In this document: positions 62,961 through 64,000 of the stretch, piece by piece
How the letters are laid out: the number at the start of each line of letters is the position of its first letter
Numbering within the stretch: the stretch's first letter is position 1
NCBI GenBank assembly: GCA_973895155.1
Contig: OZ316893.1
Span: 23,706,015-23,770,014, forward strand
Source: Marsupella aquatica
Taxonomy: Eukaryota > Plantae > Marchantiophyta
Direction: 5' to 3'
Length of the DNA: 64,000 nt
Made by a program: the position numbers and the translations under genes
The notes under the pieces: model-generated
Told to the model about the DNA's origin: nothing
The model's input: only the letters and a program-made list of their open reading frames with translations
Databases searched by the model: none

Positions 62961-64000
62961 GATGTTGCGGAGAGCGCGACCATCCAAGGACCTGGATTAT
63001 GCCAACTGCCTCCGGCTTATACAAATAAACACGCAAATGTGGGGAAATGCGGAGGCGCTAAACCCTTCTGTAGTTGGGTATATTACGGGAAACGCCCCAA
63101 ATGTCACGCCTGTGGGACACATAGGCAAATTACCCCAGGGAAACGTCAAACTGCTAGAAGTATCAAATCCCTCGTTATGTATGGGAAAGCATGGGTATTT
63201 TCAACCAAATTCCCTAAGATGTCCGGAATCCCCACTTCTTTGTTATGGTACACTGATTCACCAAGTCAGGTGGGGAAATCCCCAACTCCTCGACCATGCA
63301 TATCCTCCTTGTGAGATCTCTTGTAATCAAGTACTTAGGTTATATGATATTCTAGTCATAAAGTTGTCATATCAGTGCTTTCTATATTGCAACAGGGTGT
63401 CAATTCCTCCAAAACTTAATTTATCATTGATTGTATTCATTAAAATTTAGATTGTTAATATGAGTTTAATTGTGTGTAATTCTGGAATTTGCAAACGTGT
63501 GTGGGTACAGTTAAGTTCAGAACGTAACTAAGGTGCGTGCAATTTGGAAGCATTATTTTACTTGATTTCAATTAAGAAGTGGTACAACCATATGCCCGCG
63601 CGTGGCCCATCCCCGGGCCCATCCCCCAGAAAGTTTGAATGCATTACACTGATTCACCTGTGCTCTTCTGAAAAGCCCGCTAAGATTAATTTCCCAATAT
63701 TTGGCTTTTCAAAAGCTTAACCCTAAACCCTTGTGCAAACAGTTTAAGCTCACCATAACATTAAGCTGGGTTTTTTCATCCAAAACGAACCAAATAAGTC
63801 AAATATTACTTCCATCGAAACTGTACGAGTTGTGTATATATGCTACTAGCTATAGTCATTGCGTACAGTGAAGAAGTAAGTCGATAGTCTTGGCTGTGAA
63901 GCCGGGTATTAAGCCTCTTTATCATACTTAGGAGTCTTGAATCAACTTGAAATCCTTTTGGTTATGTAAGGAAGTCTATCGTGCTTATTGAGCAACCAGA

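Larger units (their letters stand above)
33177..63313. mobile_element. Giant (30,137 bp) CACTA/CMC-superfamily DNA transposon with CACAA termini and multi-gene cargo
   Basis: Left end CACAAGGAAGATCTGCAAGGTT-AGGAGTT vs reverse complement of right end CACAAGGAGGATATGCATGGTCGAGGAGTT. TSD AGA at 33174-33176 and 63314-63316. Contains an EnSpm-type transposase. A second copy of the right end is at 1-4166. Confidence 0.9.

Noticed and set aside
1-63303. The direct repeats 1-4166 and 61263-63303 as LTRs of one 60-kb element
   Set aside because: No gag/pol between them. The right repeat ends in a TIR that pairs with 33177 and has its own TSD, so these are two copies of a DNA transposon end.

Overview
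Eukaryotic, land-plant DNA: spliceosomal GT-AG introns, a ROP GTPase and telo-box motifs. It is probably from a non-seed plant, but that is inference. The window is mostly nested DNA transposons. The main object is a 30.1-kb CACTA/CMC-type transposon at 33177-63313, with imperfect CACAAGGA...TCCTTGTG terminal inverted repeats (TIRs) and a 3-bp AGA target-site duplication (TSD). It encodes an EnSpm-type DDE transposase with a BAH-like C-terminus, a RAD5/RAD16-type SNF2+RING helicase, an RPA1-like OB-fold protein and a SAM-domain accessory protein, and it ends in a 158-bp subterminal array. A 7.9-kb P-element-like transposon carrying an EDM2-like PHD-finger gene splits the SNF2 gene. The right end of a second copy of the giant element occupies 1-4166. 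That copy abuts a conventional CACTA remnant, which is itself interrupted by a 6.2-kb DGMDQ-type transposon. The middle of the window holds an intronless ROP gene, its frameshifted tandem duplicate and a degenerate RING-H2 gene. Most transposon genes carry premature stops. All family assignments come from motif recognition by eye; no database search was run.
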